The notes under the pieces were generated by a model. That model was not told the DNA's origin, did no database searches, and saw only the letters and a program-made list of their open reading frames with translations. A stretch of DNA of 41,093 bases, taken from NCBI GenBank assembly GCA_014905635.1, contig JABVCE010000011.1:1240001-1281093 (forward strand), written 5' to 3'. Positions 38,094 to 41,093 of this stretch are shown piece by piece (the first letter of the stretch is position 1; each line of letters begins with the position of its first letter). This DNA comes from Scenedesmus sp. PABB004. Its lineage: Eukaryota. Made by a program: the position numbers and the translations under genes.

Positions 38094-40769
38094 CGCCGCC
38101 GCCGCCGCCGCGGTGGGCCGCGCCGCGCAGCACCCGCTGCGCGAGCTCCGCCGCGGGCCGCGCGTCGTGAGCCTGCCGCGCGCGCGCGGGGCGCGAGCCC
38201 AAGCGGCCGCCCGACGACAGCGTGGTGCTGCGCCTCGTCACCAACTGCGGCGGCGGCGAGGCCGAGGAGGGCGGCGCGCAGCCCGGCGGCGACGCGGCGG
38301 GCCGCAGCCGGGCGGGCAGCGCAGCGTGCAGCAGGTGGGTGGCGACTATGATGGCCCGGTGGAGCTGGCCATCAGCGGCCTGCCAGACCTGCCGCCCGAC
38401 ACGGTCGGCCCGCCCAGCCCGCGCGAGGAGGCGCTGCGGCAGCAGCGGGCGGCCGGCGATGGCGGCGCCGGCGCCGGCCGCTGCCGCGCAGCAGCGGCCG
38501 CGCCCGGCTGGCCGCAGCAGCAGGCGCGGGTGGCGCCGGGGCAGGGTCAGGGCGAGCCGCCGGGCGGCAACGGCGGCTGGCCGGAGCAGCAGCAGCAGGG
38601 GGACGTCGGCGGGGTGCCCGCTAGCTTCGCTGGCGAGGGCCCGCAGGGACACGGCGGCTTTGGCGCCGGCGAGCAGCAGGAGCCGCAGCGGCGGAGCAGC
38701 AGCCGCAGCAGCAGCCGCAGCGGAGCGCCGTGGCCGCAGCCGCCGCCCGAGGCGCGCACAGCTCGTGCGCTGTGCCGCCGCCGGCGCGGCCGAGCAGAGC
38801 TGAGCCGAGCCGCTCACGCGCCGCGCCGCCCGCCGCTCCGCCCGCAGCCAAGCGGGGGCTGCAGATCAACCTGGCGGCCCGGCCCGGCCCAGCGCAGGCA
38901 GAGCAGCCCGCGGGAGGCGGCGACGCCGACATGGCAGAAGCGTGAGTGCAGGCCGGAGGGGGGGGGGGGGCAGGCGCTGGCGGCAGGCAGGCGCGTGTTG
39001 CGCGCCGCCGACGCGTGCGGCTCATGCTGCCCCGCCGCGCACCGCCTCCGCCACAACAGGGTCGGCGCGCAGCAGCAGGGGCAGCAGCAGCAGCAGCAGC
39101 AAGCAGCAGCAGCAGCAGCAGCAGCAGCTTGGCGGCAGCGACGAGTTTGACGAGGGCTTCGGCCAGATGCCCGCCGGCGGGGACGGCGCGTGGGCCGCCG
39201 GCGGCGGCGACGGCGCGTGGGCCGGCGGCGGCGACGACGGCGCGTGGCCCGGCGGCGGCGGCGCGTGGGCCGGCGATGGCTTTGCCGCCGCCGGCTACGG
39301 CGCTGCGCGGCGCGATGATGGGCGGCGGCTACGGCGGCGGCGGCATGGCCATGGCGGCGGCGGCGGCGGCGGCGGCTTCGAGGATGACTTTGAGGGCGCG
39401 TGGGGCGACGGCGGCGCCGGCGGCGGCGCCTGGGCCGGCGGCGCTGGCGGCGGCGGCGGCGGCGCCGTGGTCGGCGCCGCCGCGGCGCGAGCGGCGTGTG
39501 CTTCAACTGCGGCGGCGACCACATGGCGCGCAACTGCCCCCACCCGCGGCACTTCAGCGTGACCTGCCACAACTGCGGCGAGCGCGGGCACCTCGCCAAG
39601 GACTGCCCCGCGGCCGCGCGCCCCGGCGCGCGGCCCAGGGCCCGGCGGCGCGGGCCGTGCTCCGCTGCGGCCAGGAGGGGCACGTCGCGCGCGACTGCCC
39701 CAACGCGCCTGCCGGCATGGGCGGCGCCGTCGCGGCGCCGGCGCGTTTGCCCGCGGCGGCCCGTCCGGCCCGTGCTTCCGCTGCGGCCAGGAGGGCCACT
39801 TTGCCGCGACTGCCCCACCGCCGGCGGCGCGCCGTCGCGCTGCTACAACTGCGGCGGCGAGGGCCACCTTTTCGCGCGAGTGCCCGCACCCGCCCACGGC
39901 GGCGGCGGGCCGTGCTTCAACTGCGGCCAGGAAGGCCACCTCGCACGCGACTGCCCCCAGGCCCCAGCGGCGCGGCGGCCCGTGCTACAACTGCGGGCGG
40001 CGAGGGCCACCTGGCGCGCGACTGCCCGCACCGCGCCCGCCGGCGGCGCGCCGCGCGGCGGCGGTCCCTGCTTCAGGTGCGGGCGCGAGGGCCACGTCGC
40101 GCGCGACTGCCCCACCGTCCATGGCGGCGGCGGCGAGCGTGCTGGGGCGACGGCGCGCCGCGCGGCGGGCCGGGGCCGTGCTTCAAACTGCGGCGGCGAG
40201 GCCACGTCGCGCGCGACTGCCCGCCGCGCGCGCGGCGCGCCGGCGGGGCGCGGCGGGCCGCCGCCCCGCGGTGGCGGCGGCGGCTACGACCGCGGCGCGC
40301 GGCGGCGGCGGCGGCTGGAGGGCGGCGGCGCGCCGCCCGCGCGGGCGGGCGCCCCCGAGGCGCGTGCCGCGCGCGAGGCGGAGATTGACCGCCGCCTGCG
40401 CGCCGGCGAGGCAGCCCGGGGCCGCGCGGCGGCGGCGGGCTCGCCCTGCGCGACCGCGAGCGGGAGCGCGAGCGGGAGCGCGAGCGCGCGCGCGCGCGAG
40501 CGGGGGCGCAGCCCCCCGCTGCGGCGCACGCGTCCGGCGGCGGCGACGACGGCGGGCACGGGCGCGCGCGACGACCACGACCGTGGCGGTGCTGCACGGC
40601 ACGGCGACGGCGCGCGCGACGACGCGCGGCGGCGGCGGCGGCAGCAGCCGGCACGGCGAGCGGGAGCGCGAGCGCGAGCGGCGCAAGCAGCAGCAGGCAC
40701 GGCGGCGGAAGCCGGCACCGCAGCCGGACCCGCAGCCGGAGCCGCAGCCAGCGCCGGCACCGGCGGTGA
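35943..40769 (+). CDS. FIP1: Fip1-domain pre-mRNA 3'-end processing factor, apparently extended by nine CCHC zinc knuckles and an RE/RS-rich tail (3' part frameshifted)
   Basis: N-terminus MEDDDDFAELYG and FDIVLDDD. Fip1 motif IFTLDLERVTTGPWRAAGSDISDYFNYGLNEKTWRSY at ~37514-37842. Knuckles lie at 39499-40220 and the tail ends SRHRSRTRSRSRSQRRHRR* at 40769. Continuity between Fip1 and the knuckles is inferred from splice sites. Confidence 0.75.
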
Positions 40770-41026
40770 GCGCGGCGCGCGTGTGTGCGCCGGGCGGCGT
40801 GCCACCTCTGGTAATGACGGCCGTTGTGGCGGCGTACCTGCGTCCAGTCCGTGTGAGCAGCGTGGTCCCCGGTTTTCCAGTCACCGCGGCAACCTCCGGC
40901 AGCGCGCGGCCGTCGAGCCCCGCCGCAGACGCGGCAGCAGCGGCAGCAGCAGCAGCGCCGCGGGCAGCGGCGGCGGCGCACGGGCTCACCCGCTTGCGCG
41001 CGGGCGCCGGGGCCGCCGGGTCCGCC

Positions 41027-41093
41027 ATGGAGCGGGCGCGGCGGCGGCGGTGAAGCTGATGCGCGTGATCCTGTCCAACGGCGCGACGCTGCA
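41027..41093 (+). other. Possible 5' fragment of the next gene (..VKLMRVILSNGATL..), truncated by the window edge
   Basis: Coding-like codons from ~41050. The upstream ATG at 41027 is out of frame with them. The fragment is too short to identify. Confidence 0.3.

Noticed and set aside
39499..40220. CCHC knuckles as retrotransposon gag nucleocapsid
   Set aside because: No protease, RT, integrase or LTRs nearby. Nine Gly-linked knuckles followed by an RS tail fit a cellular RNA-binding protein.

Overview
Extremely GC-rich, gene-dense, intron-rich eukaryotic nuclear DNA. It is most consistent with a chlorophyte green alga (inference from GC content, short introns, the TGTAA poly(A) signal, and plant/algal genes CruP and CPI1). 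Almost all ORFs in the six-frame track are GC-driven shadows, so I rebuilt the genes exon by exon. There are 13 genes plus a possible fragment at the right edge: CruP-like lycopene cyclase paralog (+), an unrecognised 15-exon protein with 39 in-phase 12-residue repeats (-), two divergent paralogous single-RRM genes (-/+), WDR74/NSA1 (-), a small orphan (+), an intronless DUF4116-like gene (-), FIGL1 (+), an OB-like/CCCH/methyltransferase-like gene (-), a coiled-coil protein with a Cys/His motif (-), an FIH-like JmjC protein lacking catalytic residues (-), CPI1 (-), and FIP1 apparently fused to nine CCHC knuckles and an RS tail (+). The most interesting items are the 12-aa repeat solenoid, whose intron positions record a 12-repeat block duplication, the FIP1-CCHC fusion, the pseudo-enzyme JmjC, the head-to-head RRM pair and recurrent GC-AG introns. 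Several single-base frameshifts look like assembly errors. I found no rRNA, tRNA, CRISPR array or transposon. Family assignments come from remembered motifs, not database searches.
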